A stretch of 64,000 bases of DNA, taken from NCBI RefSeq assembly GCF_006345805.1, contig NC_043004.1:40672001-40736000 (forward strand), read 5' to 3'. Positions 12,770-25,525 of the stretch are shown here, piece by piece. The position numbers and the translations under genes are program-made. Source of the stretch: Octopus sinensis (taxonomy: Eukaryota). The notes under the pieces were generated by a model. It was given only the letters and a program-made list of their open reading frames with translations. It ran no database searches and was not told the origin of the DNA. How positions within the stretch are numbered: the first letter of the stretch is position 1; every line of letters begins with the position of its first letter.

Positions 12770-14880
12770 CGTATTGTGTACAATGCCAAATATGTCAGTT
12801 TATTCCTGGTAACTCTCAATGTCGTTTGCACTGCCATCACATGTGGTATGTGTATCTCTCGCTCTGCGTGATTACTGTTTTAACTGTGTTCTTTGTGTTA
12901 AATCATGAATAGGAGAGGCAGAGTGAATCACCCAGACAACTTTTGTTATGTCTGCAGAAAATTCGCTCCATATGACCAGCAGAAGAACATTGCCACCAAA
13001 TTAAAAACTGCCTATAAATATTATTTCAGGAGTAAAGTTGGGGACCAAGATACAAGGTGGGCACCTCACAAATGTTGCAATATGCGTTACTCGGGGCTTA
13101 CACAGTGGCTGATTGGAAAACAGAAAGGAATGCTTTTTGCTGTACCAATGGTATGTCTCTGATTGTTACTTTTGCATGAAAAATATTAGTAGTTTCTTAA
13201 AGAAGACTAAAGCAAAAATTGTGTATGCAGATTGTAAGTCAGCTCTAAAACCGGTCCCACATAACTTTGAGAACCCTGACCCAGTTCCCTTCTCACATGC
13301 TTCACTTGAAAATCTTTACATGTCACACGATGAAACCCCTGACACTCCTAAGATAAATGAACCAGGCTCAAGAAGATTTGAATGATTTAGTAAGAAACCT
13401 AGCATTGTCAAAGGAGAGAGCAGAAGTTTTGGGGATCCAGACTACAACAATGGAATCTCCTACAGCAAGGTATGAAAATTTCCATTTCCTGTTCCTGCCA
13501 TTAAGGCTTCCCTGTCTTTTTCAAGCAAGAAAATAATGCATGTTTCTGTACTAACTTCTTCTTCTTCTTACAGCATTCACCCAGGGTGGGTTGAGCTGGC
13601 TTCATTCATCCTCAATGCTGCATCTCTCACAAACGCCGGCCAGGCCTGGCAATTTGAAGCTAGCGACCGCGTGATCTCCAGCCACTCCTTATTCCAGCGG
13701 TGAATGCCGTAGATATGGGGGCCTAGGTTGGGTTCCAGATCAGCCTTGACCGTCATCAGCTAGGTTTTCCGTTGTCCACTACGATGCTTTCCCCAACCCT
13801 GAAGGGGAGCTGGGGCAATTGCTTCGTTGATGAATTCTGGTTGACGACGATGTATATTGCACGTATATCCTCATGTATATCGTACCTTCTTCCTCATGTA
13901 TATTGCACCTTTCTGTACTAACATTAATGCACTCATGCAAAAACTAGGACACATGCACGTGGCTAACAAATGGAGATTGTTTATAGACTCGAGTAAGGTG
14001 TGTTGTCACATAATGGTAATGAAAAACCTTCTATTCCTGTGGGTTGTGTTGTTGGTATGGAAGAAACTTATGAAATGATGGAACTCATTCTGAAAGGAGT
14101 TAATTACTCAGTTCATAAGTGGAATATTTGTGGTGATTTAAAGGTGATGGCCCTCCTCCTAGGACTGCAGTTGGGATATACCAAAAATATGTGCTTCTTA
14201 GAATGACCGTAATGACAGCAATCATTACACCGTAAAAGACTGGCCTAAGAGATGAGCGCATAGTTGGTTGGTACAATGTGCAGCATATGCTACTGGTAGA
14301 CCCACAAAAAGATCTTCTTTCTACCCCTTCACATCAAACTCGGCCTCATGAAAAACTTTGTCAAAGCAATGACACATGAAGGTTGTGGGTTCCAGTACCT
14401 AAAAGTAAAATTTGGTGCAGAGAAAAGTAAGGCAAAACTGAAAGCAGGCGTTTTCATTGAACCCGAGACCAGAGAATTGATATCTGATAGCAAATTCAGA
14501 AGTAAACTGAATCCAGTGGAGCTGACAGCAAGGGATTCATTCACGTTAGTTGTACTGAACTTTCTTGGAAATCATAGAGCTGAAAACTATGCTGATTTAA
14601 TAAACAACATGCTAACACCATATGAAAGAATGGTTTGCCAAATGTCCCTTAAAATGCACCTCTTGCATTCTCATCTCGATTTTTTTCCAACGAATCTTGA
14701 TGCCCTTAGTGATGAGCATGGTGAGAGGTTCCACCAGGACATATTTGAGATAGAAACGAGGTATCAAAGCTGGTTCAATCCACACGTGATGGGTGACTAC
14801 TGCTGATTCCTACAACAGGAGACCAGCATGACACATGAGCACAAGAGCTAGTGTCTCAAACATTTCTGAGCTGAGCATAT
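12770..14880 (+). mobile_element. Decayed DNA transposon transposase, probably CMC/Chapaev3-like
   Basis: Fragments NHPDNFCYVC, GDQDTRWAPHKCC, FAVPMV, CYFC, WRLFIDSSK, LSHNGNEKPSIP, WNICGDLKV, PPLHIKLGLMKNFVKA, NFLGN, SLKMHLLHSHLDFFP and SDEHGERFHQDI. Multiple frameshifts; termini not identified. Confidence 0.75.
13556..13909 (-). mobile_element. 5'-truncated RTE-clade LINE 3' end inserted in the transposase
   Basis: 13-bp TSD TTTCTGTACTAAC (13543-13555 and 13910-13922) and an (AAG)n tail. Minus frame reads ...TVKADLEPNLGPHIYGIHRWNKEWLEITRSLASNCQAWPAFVRD. Confidence 0.85.
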
Positions 14881-14933
14881 CAAAAATAAAGTGAGTATTC
14901 CCTTAACATAAATATATTATGTACCATTATATT

Positions 14934-15323
14934 CATTATTTACATTATTTATATTTGACGGATATTTGTTCTCATCTTGCTTGTTGCTAACACAATGTTT
15001 CAGCTGATATACCCTTCAGCCTTCATCAAGTGTCTTAACCACTACGCCATATGCCCACAGGCATATGGCGTAGTGGTTAAGAGTGTGGGCTACTAACCCC
15101 AAGATTCCAAGTTCGATTCCAAGCAGTGACCTTAATAATAATAATAACAACATCAAAAAAATACCTTAGGAATCAGAATCCAGGCTCAAAATTTCCCCAA
15201 GACACCTGATGAAGGGTATATCAGCCGAAATGTTGTGTTAACAACAAACAAGATGAGGACAAATATGTCAAATATAAATAATGTAAATAATGTCCATAAT
15301 TCTTCATCTCTTAAATATAGAAC
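14934..15323. mobile_element. Head-to-head inverted tRNA-headed element with a hammerhead-like motif
   Basis: 12-bp direct repeat TACCATTATATT at 14922-14933 and 15324-15335. Palindromic centre ACTACGCCATATGCC-CACA-GGCATATGGCGTAGT. A/B boxes at 15066-15120 and CTGATGA...GAAA at about 15206-15230. Confidence 0.8.
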
Positions 15324-16551
15324 TACCATTATATTATAATACTATTTGCCTTGAGCATAAATTTACTATATACAGTACTAATATACTATTATAATAATTA
15401 TTTACCTTGACCTTAACTATTTCTGATTCTAATATAGTATTAATATATAATCATGCACATAACTCAAAATCCTGCCATGCTACAGCAATTCTAAGTTGAG
15501 ATTCATTGTCAGCATTCTCAATTTAGTTTAGTACAGCACCATTTGTCTGAGTAGCGGACAATAAATCTTTTTTGGTGGCCCAAACCCAAAACCACACAGT
15601 TAGGAAGTGAATTAATCACAGAGCCATACCGGTACCTGTAAATCTTTGACATCAAATTAACCCAATTCCTAGTTTTGTCCAGAATTATACACAGCTGGCC
15701 ATGACTGATTTCAGGTTGCAACAACAGACACAAAATAAATTTACTTTATTAAAATATTGGTCAGACAATTTATTTATCAACATTGTAAATAAGAATATCT
15801 GGAAATTGTTTCTTTTACCAAGAAAATGGGTTAAACTATGTCACTTGGAATCAAATCATATCCACCAATTTATGACATTTGCTGTTTGTTTCTGTATCTT
15901 ATACTTTTACATACTCTCCTTATCTATCAATCTATCTATCTATCTATCCATCTTTTTCTCTGTCCGTCTGTCTATCTATCTTTTTCTCTATCTATCTGTC
16001 TGTCTGTCTGTTTATCTATCTAGCTAGCTAGTTAGCTATAAGTCTTCCTACCTATGTATGTATGAATCTATCTATCTATCTATCTTTTTCTCTGTCTGTC
16101 TGTCTATCTATATATCTGTCTGCCTATCTGTCTGTCAGTTTATCTGCTTATATGTCTATATATTTATCTGTCTCTCTGTCAGTCTGTCTGTTTATCTATC
16201 TATCTATCTATCTATACACACACACACACACCACACACACACACACATATATATATATTTCAGCCTTCCTATCTGTCTATCATTTAACTTATCACCTACC
16301 TATTTATTTATCTGTCAGTTTGAAGCCTTGCTCCATCATTTATTTCCTGTGTTCCTGCAGTTTGAAGTCAAATAATTTTTGTGTGACTGAGAACTTCCTC
16401 ATCTATTTCACTTGTCATAACCTGTTGTTTATTTGAAAACCATCTCCCCACTGACCTACCCTTACATCTTCACAACCTTATTCCCCTGCATTAATTTCAT
16501 TTACTAAGGGGTCAGGCCAGCAGAATCATTAGAGCATTCAAAAAACTGATA

Positions 16552-16736
16552 GTCTGTTGCCAACTTAATGTAGCAGTCCCAGGAAAGGGAAGAATGCTAC
16601 TGCTATTTAGCCCCAGGAAACATCGTTTCCCCTTTCCACACATGCTTGTGTCACATAGCCAACTGGAAATGATGGGGCTAAACAGCAGTAGCAGTCTTTC
16701 CTTTCTAGGGGCTGCCATATTAAGTTGGCAACAAAC
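16552..16736. mobile_element. MITE-like foldback element inserted in a decayed family D SINE
   Basis: Inverted arms of about 66 bp (GTCTGTTGCCAACTTAAT...TTTAGCCCCA / TGGGGCTAAA...ATTAAGTTGGCAACAAAC) around a spacer of about 55 bp. Confidence 0.7.
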
Positions 16737-17569
16737 CATCACTTTATCATGCTGCAACTGTATAAGTCTCATTGAGAGATTCAGAAATGCAATATTTCTA
16801 ATACTGAAAAAACTGCCTTGTGGTAATTGTTCTGACTTGTTACAGTCTGAATGCAAATCCCGCCAAGGTCAAGTTTGCCATTCATCCTTTCAGGGTTGAT
16901 AAAATATAATGCTATTCACATACTGGGGTCTATGTAAGTGTGTTGCTCCTCCCAGCAAAACTGCTGGCCTTTTGCTAAAATTAGAAAGAATTTTGTCCAT
17001 TCATGCATCCATATAATTTATTATTTCTTCTCCTTTTGTCCATCTATATATGATTGTGTGTTTGAGAAGTTCACTCCCAAGTCACAAGGTTTCGAGTTCA
17101 GTCCCACTGCACAGAACCTTGGGCATGTGTATTCTGTCATAGTCCCAGGCCAACCACAGGCTTATGGGTGGATTTGGTAAAAAGGAACTCAAAGAATTCC
17201 ATCCTGATGCTACTCCTTAACTGCTTTCCAAGTAAGGGCTCTCTTATTCCACATACATTTGAAGGTAGAAAGTGTTTAAACAATGTGTCAACAGGACAAA
17301 CAGATTACAATATTACACACTGCATTTTAATGCAAATAATTGCAGATTTAAAGAAACACACACACACATACACATACACACATGCATATATACACTCACA
17401 TGTGCATGTATTCATATAAATATATTTTCTTTGATTTTTTTCAATCAAAATCTGCTTCAACCTTTTCCATTTGTTTTTCGGGATCCTTATACACACACAC
17501 ACACACACACACTTTGATATCTCTCTTTTGCTCTCTCAGTCTTTTTCTGTCAATCTCCCATCTATTTAT

Positions 17570-17850
17570 TTATACCTTGCCAATTTGTTTCAGATGGTCC
17601 AATACAGTTGGACTCGAAACCTTGCTGCTAACTCACACATAGTTTGAGATGCATCTGCTTCCACCAGTTTCCAGTTCATCATTATCCACCTTGGTCCCAG
17701 GTCTACCACTGGAACTTCTCAAACCATCAATGTACAGTGCAATTATTCGCCACATCTTCACCAAACATTGATGTTTTGAGCTGTCTGAGATGCATCAATT
17801 CCAAGACGGTACTCAAATCCATAAACAACATGAATTTTTTTATCTATCCA
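17570..17850 (-). mobile_element. Mariner transposase N-terminal fragment
   Basis: Stitched minus frames read YGFEYRLGIDASQTAQNINV..GEDVANNCTV..WFEKF...KVDNDEL...VEADASQT..ELAARF..PTVLDHLKQIGKV. Confidence 0.7.
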
Positions 17851-18697
17851 TGTGTTCACAAAAATTGATTTACAAGAGAAAACTTACAATATAATCAGAC
17901 ACCATGAATTGCATTTCAAGAAGTGATGATGTAACTCTTCAATGTTGTAGAACAAAGAATTGTCAGGATAAAACATTAGAGTTAACAACTGTCAAACTTG
18001 GTGCATAAGAAAATCAGACATTTCATTTTTAATGACCTCACTTAATGATGTCACCAGTACTTTAACGAATCAAAAATTAGATCCATTCACGTTAAAAATT
18101 ATAAATACACCAGATTCTAAAAAATGCTATTACAAGTGAAAGTCCCTGCATATGACAGAAAAAGAATCACAGAAATTGTAAACAAATCCCTTTTTTTTAC
18201 TATCTTCATTTCCCCCCTTGTTTTTCTCCCTCTTAACTCAGTATGACCGAACCTTTGGTGATCCATATTTCTTATCGATCAGTTCTAACTCTATTGAATT
18301 TTGTGTATTTAAACAAGACGATCCACATTTTTTTTTATATAATTGAATCATTTCATTTTCATTTTATCTAGTTTCAGCTAATGAGCTGTGGCCATGCTGG
18401 GGCACCGTATGAACATTTAAATCATATTTGATTTTATTGAATCTTGTAAATATTGAATCTTTATTTATTTATTTTTATTTTATCGAGTTTCAGCTCACGA
18501 GCTGTGGCCATGCTGGGGCACCGCCATTTGGTGTTGCTACCGCAATTTTATATTTTTACCATTGATAAACAAAAATGTTGTTGAAACTAGTTTGGTATAT
18601 ATGTAAATAAATTTATTTAAAAACAATTACAAATTTTTCAAATTTAGGTGCATTTTCAACAACAAATTTTCCTATATATATATATGTGTGTGTGTGT

Positions 18698-19010
18698 GGA
18701 GGTGCAATGGCCCTCCACATAGGGCAGTGGACACGCGGTTATAGGATCATGGTTTCGATTCCCAGACCAGGAGTTGTGAGTGTTTATTGAGCGAAAACAC
18801 CTAAAGCTCCACGAGGCTCCGGCAGGAGGTGGTGGCGGTCCCTGCTGTACTCTTTCGCCACAACTTTCTCTCACTCTTTCTTCTGTTGGCCTGCTCGCTT
18901 AGCCAGTGGGGTGGTGTCATTTGAAGGCTAAAACAATGCAAAGCGCATTGTGACCAGCGATGTGTAGCTACATCTGATAGCCTGGCCAGTCACGGTGATC
19001 ATGGTGATAT
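18698..19010 (+). mobile_element. SINE family B copy
   Basis: Matches 6107-6475 and is the reverse complement of 34083-34383. Confidence 0.8.
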
Positions 19011-19554
19011 ATATATATATTTATGACAGGCTTCTTTCAGTTTCCCTCTACCAAATCCACTTACAAGGATACTGAGATATTTAGGCAGTGTGTTACATAT
19101 CCCAGCGTGCATATATGTATGTCTGTATGTGTGTATTCACATAATTATTTTCTGTTAGCCAAATGTTTCACAAACTTGCTTCCAACTGCTCTGGCGGGAA
19201 ACCTGTAAAAGGTTGATTTAGGTTTGACAGTGTGGTAGATAATATATTAGTTTTATTTAAGTTTCCTTTAAACCAACTGATCTTGAACTTTTTCTCTCTG
19301 TCTCTCTATCCTTCTGTCTCTCTCTCCCTCTCTATCTTACTTATCCACTCTTTCACTCTCTGACTTTTCGGAGAAGAAAGATCATTAAGTACATTCAGTT
19401 CAGTGTTAAGAATCTTTGATGAAATATTTGTCTGGTGTGAATCAATAAATTGAAGACTGCCAGCACCAGCAGCACCTGATGTGGTTCCATAATAGGGGGA
19501 GCCTGTTTTTCATGTTTTACAGATAATCAAAAGTTACTTCCTCTTTTTCTTTTA

Positions 19555-19850
19555 GCACTACCATAACCACTACTGTCGCTACCATCATCATCATCATCAT
19601 CATCATTACCACCACCATTACAATCAGCATCCCTGTTACCACCACCACCTCTGCCACCACTACTACCACCACCGATACCACAATCACCATCACCACCATC
19701 ATCATCACCATCACCATTACCACCACCACCACCATCACAACCATCATTATTACCATTACCACCACCACCACCACCGTCATCACCATCACCACTGCCATTA
19801 CCACCACTACCACCATCAATACCACAATCACCATCCCCACCATTATCATA
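19555..19850. repeat. Degenerate (ACC)n/(ATC)n trinucleotide tract (another at 20080-20315)
   Basis: Directly visible. Confidence 0.9.
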
Positions 19851-20324
19851 TGCCCCTCCCCATGGGGCTGAGTAATAGCCATTGCAAAAACGTTCGTCTT
19901 CTCTGTGACATTGTTTAGCTCTTTGAAATACAGGTACAACTCATTTTCACCAGCTGAGTGGACTGGCGCAACGTGAAATAAAGTGTCTTGCTGAAAGGAC
20001 ACATGTCACCAGGAATTGAACCCATGACCTTACAACTGTGAGCCAAATACTCTAACCACTCAGCTATATGCCTTCACCATCACCACCTTTAATATATCAC
20101 AATTACCGCGACTACTGTTGCTACCGCCACCACTACTAGCACCACCACTACCATTACTACTGTTACTATTCATACCAGCATCGACACCATCACTCTCATC
20201 ACCACTGCAACCAACACTACCATCATCACCACTGTTATCACTACCACCACAACCACCATGCCCACTGCCATTACCACCACCACCACCATCACTGCTACTA
20301 ACACTATGACTATCACTAGGTTAA

Positions 20325-20870
20325 CCCTTCGATTCTAGACTTTGCTTCCATATCTGAAACTTTTCTCTAGTTCTGGTAGTGATTCAGCTATAAGAGCAAG
20401 GTCATCAGCAGAGAGGAGCTCCCAGGGGCTGCTTGTCTTAAATTCCTCTGTTATTGCCTGGAAGTTTATGATGAATAAGAGGGGGCTGAGCACCAATCCT
20501 TGGTGAACCCCTACTTGTACCCTGAATTCTTTGTTGTACTCATTGCCAACCTTCACCTTACTGTTAGCATCCCTGTACATGGCTTGTACAGCTCTTGCCA
20601 ACCATTCGTCTATCCCTAGTTTCTGCATTGACCACCAGATAAGGGATCAGGGGAACCTGTCAAAGGCTTTCTCCAAATCAACAAAAGCCAAGTACAGAGG
20701 TTTATCTTTGGCTAAGTACTTTTCCTGCAGCTGCCTTACCAGAAATATAGCATCAGTCGTACTTCTCCCTGACACAAAACCAAACTGCATCTCATCCAGA
20801 CTAACTCTCTCCCTAATTAGTTGGGCTATGACCCTCTCCATAATTTTCATCTACTGACCCAACAAGTTGA
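20325..20870 (-). mobile_element. RTE LINE reverse transcriptase fragment
   Basis: MQFGFVSGRSTTDAIF, YLAFVDLEKAFDR, VGVHQGLVLSPLLF and ELLSADDLAL; same family as the 60101-63200 element. Confidence 0.9.
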
Positions 20871-20874
20871 TGCC

Positions 20875-20907
<33 letters not shown>

Positions 20908-21467
20908 CTATGACCAGTCATTTAACTCATTAAAATATATGTATTTACACACTCACACACACAAATGCACATACATACACACACACACACACACACATAC
21001 ACACACACACACACATAATACATACATACATACATACATACATACATACATACACATAGTCATATTGCATTTTGGGAACAGGTTATAGGTTTCCAATGGC
21101 CCATTTGGTGATTTGCCATATTTTCAATAAGGGTGGCAGGGGAGTATCAAGTGTTATTCAGTGCAAGACAAGCATATCAAGGTACTTCATTATTCTAAAA
21201 GCACCAGTCTTTTAATCCAATTACCAATACTTACAAACGTTACTGATATACACCAGCAAAAAACATACACACACACACACACACCACACACACACACAAA
21301 CAAACATATGCAGTTGGACTCTATATATTTTCGTATTTGCATAGTCATATATTTTCATGGGAAAATAAGAACACATTTGTGCATTCATGGGTGAACTGCT
21401 TAGCTATGGATTGATTAAGGCATAAGTACATGTGTATGCATGTGCATGAGTGTGTATGTATATATGT

Positions 21468-21500
<33 letters not shown>

Positions 21501-21699
21501 AGAGCTCTGCTACATCATATCAGCAATGAACTGGCTTGAACCAGTAAAAAAATACTAAGATTAATAACGGATGTGTAAGTTTGTATACAGCTGATTTTTT
21601 TTTTTTTTACAATATGCCGCATATACACACGTGTGTGTGGGCATGTCTCTGAGTGTTTATGTGTGCATGTGTGTATGAATGTATATACATATCTATTCA

Positions 21700-22205
<506 letters not shown>

Positions 22206-22342
22206 GTTAGCAAAGAATAGATTGGCAGTGACTGCAATTTTTTCAGCTTAGTTGCCTTCATCAGGATAATGAAAACCACAAACCAAGTATTTTTGTGATA
22301 CCCTGTTTAAATACTTTATGTGTACCTTAGGTTATTGACTGT

Positions 22343-22935
22343 ATGAGACCTGATCAATAAGTATCCGGACTGTTGTCTTAGTAACGAAGCTGCTTGGTAC
22401 AGACACTAAATTTCAACATTCTAGCTTGCTTCCGCTGTTTTTTTGCACCAGTGCTTGGAGGAGCGTGAGCATGTGTAGTGTGTGATCATCACATTGACCA
22501 TGACAGAGAAAGTTGCCATAGCAACACCTGCTCAGAAGTCTACACAAATTTTCAGAACGTGTGTGGAGAGGAGTGTATGAGCCACACACAGGTGTACAAG
22601 TGATTCAGACATTTCCAAGATGGCTAAAAAAAACTGTCGATAGAGACAAACGCTCTGGGAGACCTGCAACCAGCAGAACTGAGAAAAACATTGTAGATGT
22701 GCATGGAGCTGTGAGGGGAAATCATCAAATCACCATCTGTGAATTATCAGAGGATGTGCAGATTAGTTACAGTTCAGTTCAGTCCATTATCACTGAAGAT
22801 TTGGGTACAAGATGCGTGTCTGCCAAGTTTGTGCCAAAACTGCTTTCAGCTGACCAAAAGGACATTTGGGTTTCAGTTGCACAAGATCTTGATTGTGACA
22901 AGAATGATGAAAACTTTTTGAAAAGTTTTCATAGG
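22343..22935 (+). mobile_element. Mariner 5' half (TIR plus HTH region)
   Basis: TIR-like TATGAGACCTGATCAATAAGTATCCGGACTG; protein RSGRPATSRTEKN...TICELSEDVQISYSSVQSIITEDLG...VSAKFVPKLL. Confidence 0.8.
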
Positions 22936-22974
22936 CCTCTGAATAGGTATCACCAAGCTTTTGGCAAAATTGAT

Positions 22975-23132
22975 GCAGGTGGCACATAAAAAGCACCCAC
23001 TACACTCTCGGAGTGGTTGGCGTTGGAAGGGCATCCAGCTGTAGAAACTCTGCCAGATCAAGACTGGAGCCTGGTGCAGCCATCTGGTTGTCATGGAAAA
23101 CGGACGTTAAACGATGATGATGATGATGATGA
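22975..23132 (+). mobile_element. RTE 3' terminal fragment with (GAT)n tail (similar at 32325-32515 and 32705-32850)
   Basis: GGTGGCACATAAAAAGCACCCACTACACTCTCGGAGTGGTTGGCG...GGACGTTAAAC(GAT)n. Confidence 0.75.
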
Positions 23133-23379
23133 TTCTCTGCTAAACTTTCGATGTTATGGTCAATGCAATGATCATGCACATTCCTTCCAATTACTGCTGT
23201 GAACAGCAGAAGTGAGCTACAATGTTAAAACTTAGTGTGCATACACAGCAGAGTTCAAGGTCAATCTGTGTCAAGTGGTTTCACTCTGCGTGCCTTAGCT
23301 TCATTAGAATGGCAACAGTCAAGATAATTATTGATCAGACCACGTATTTACTTAGAAGCATACATAAGAATAAACATTA

Positions 23380-23381
23380 AC

Positions 23382-23422
<41 letters not shown>

Positions 23423-23691
23423 TGTATATATTATATATGTATATATATATGTATATATTATGTATATATATATATATGTAATATATATATATATGTATAT
23501 AATATGTATATATATATATGTATATATATATATGTATATATATATGTATATATATGTATATATATATGTTATATATTATATATGTATATAATATATATAT
23601 TGATATTATAGTATATATATATTGTATATAATATATGTATATATATATATGTTATATGTATATTATATATTATATGTATATATATATATAG

Positions 23692-23723
<32 letters not shown>

Positions 23724-23731
23724 ATATATAT

Positions 23732-23785
<54 letters not shown>

Positions 23786-23842
23786 ATATATATATGTATA
23801 TTATATAGTATATGTATATATATATATTATATATATATATAT

Positions 23843-23877
<35 letters not shown>

Positions 23878-23943
23878 GTATGTATTTATGTATGTAATAT
23901 ATATGTATATATATATGTATATGTATATATGTATATTATATAT

Positions 23944-23989
<46 letters not shown>

Positions 23990-24060
23990 TATATATGTAT
24001 GTATGTATTTATGTATGTATATATAGGTATGTATGTATAAAATCTATATAATAATAATAT
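23380..24060. repeat. Long imperfect (TA)n microsatellite
   Basis: Directly visible. Confidence 0.95.
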
Positions 24061-24158
24061 AGACCATAACCAGTAAACAGGTGTCACCTTAGTCTGCTGG
24101 CTGTGGACAGCTGACACTTTCCATCAAAATAAGCTGTGAGTTTTCAACACATAATATT

Positions 24159-24189
<31 letters not shown>

Positions 24190-24239
24190 GCAGCAGCAGC
24201 AGCAACAACAGCAGCAACAGCTACAACAACAACAACAAC

Positions 24240-24780
24240 AGTACCAGAGACTTTTCTCATGGCTTCTTATCTTAACTGATTGGAAGTGTCATCATGCACA
24301 TGTATGTTTTGTCTTGGTATAAAAGATGGGCTACAGCAAATATTCTGCTCAATACCACAGATTTGCTTGTCAATTGTTTGACTTTAACCAGTTGAGCATG
24401 TCCCTTGGTGGCTGACAATATGTGCATCTCTGATCATGAGCAGAAGTAGTAGGGGAGTATCATAGACATATGTTGAGAGAAATTTTGGCAGGTTTGAATA
24501 ATTCACCTCTGGAAACATGGGTGTTTCATTCAACATCTTAAACTTCTCTTATTCAAGGACTTTTTTAAGTAGGATGGGCTACTGAAGAAAATTCTAACTG
24601 GATCCCACCTGCAAGTTCGTGCATTGTTTATTTTGATATGAGATCACAATGTCGTACACATATGGTTGTGATGCATGTGCCTGGTGTACCTTTATCAGAC
24701 AGGTAGTCATGATGGGTATACTGGGCTTTATACATTTTACCCCAGTGTCACTTTGATGGCATGCACTGCTCTCTGAATCA
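24240..24780. repeat. Unclassified interspersed repeat of about 530 bp (family E), bordered by (AAT)n/(AAC)n
   Basis: Colinear with 34715-35250 and partially with 35815-36122. Confidence 0.8.
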
Positions 24781-24788
24781 ATAATAAC

Positions 24789-24842
<54 letters not shown>

Positions 24843-24871
24843 TATACTAATAATAATAATAATAATTATAC

Positions 24872-24909
<38 letters not shown>

Positions 24910-24977
24910 TTAATACTAATAATAATTATACTAATAATAATAATATAATTATACTAATAATAATAATAATAATAATA

Positions 24978-25012
<35 letters not shown>

Positions 25013-25037
25013 CTATAATAATAATTTTAATAATAAT

Positions 25038-25087
<50 letters not shown>
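24781..25087. repeat. (AAT)n microsatellite
   Basis: Directly visible. Confidence 0.95.
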
Positions 25088-25525
25088 GTTTATATATTTG
25101 TTGTGCAAGACTTTTTATGTGAAATCGTGTGTTGAAACAGATATTGTTGTATTTCGGAATGGTCATTTTGCCAGTTTAGCCAATAAAAACACATGCACTA
25201 TGTATTTGGTGTTACTTTGCTTCAGTGTTATTCATTTTTTACATTAAACTTAATCTTATTTTGGCCAGAGTTCTTTCGTCACACTCCTGAGACTACATCA
25301 AATACAAAATGGCTGATGGTTAGTAAGGAGAGACACACAAATAAGAAAGAAGAAAGCAAAGGATCACTGATGCGGTCACAGGAGTGTGACGAAAGAACTC
25401 TGGCCGAAATAAGATTAAGTTTAACGTAAAAAATAGATAACACTGAAGCAAAGTAACACCAAATATATAGTGCGTGTGTTTTTATTGGCTAGACTGGCAA
25501 AATGACCATTCCGAAATACAACAAT
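25088..25525. mobile_element. Inverted-repeat element with a hammerhead-like core, Penelope pseudo-LTR-like
   Basis: Arms 25142-25300 and 25367-25525 are reverse complements (about 155 bp). Core CTGATGC-G-GTCAC-AGGAGT-GTGAC-GAAA at 25367-25394. Confidence 0.65.

Noticed and set aside
15060-15125. tRNA-like sequences here and at 5010, 6107, 18698, 43371 and 58412
   Set aside because: They have A/B boxes but no complete cloverleaf or acceptor stem, and they continue into repeat bodies. They are SINE heads, not tRNA genes.
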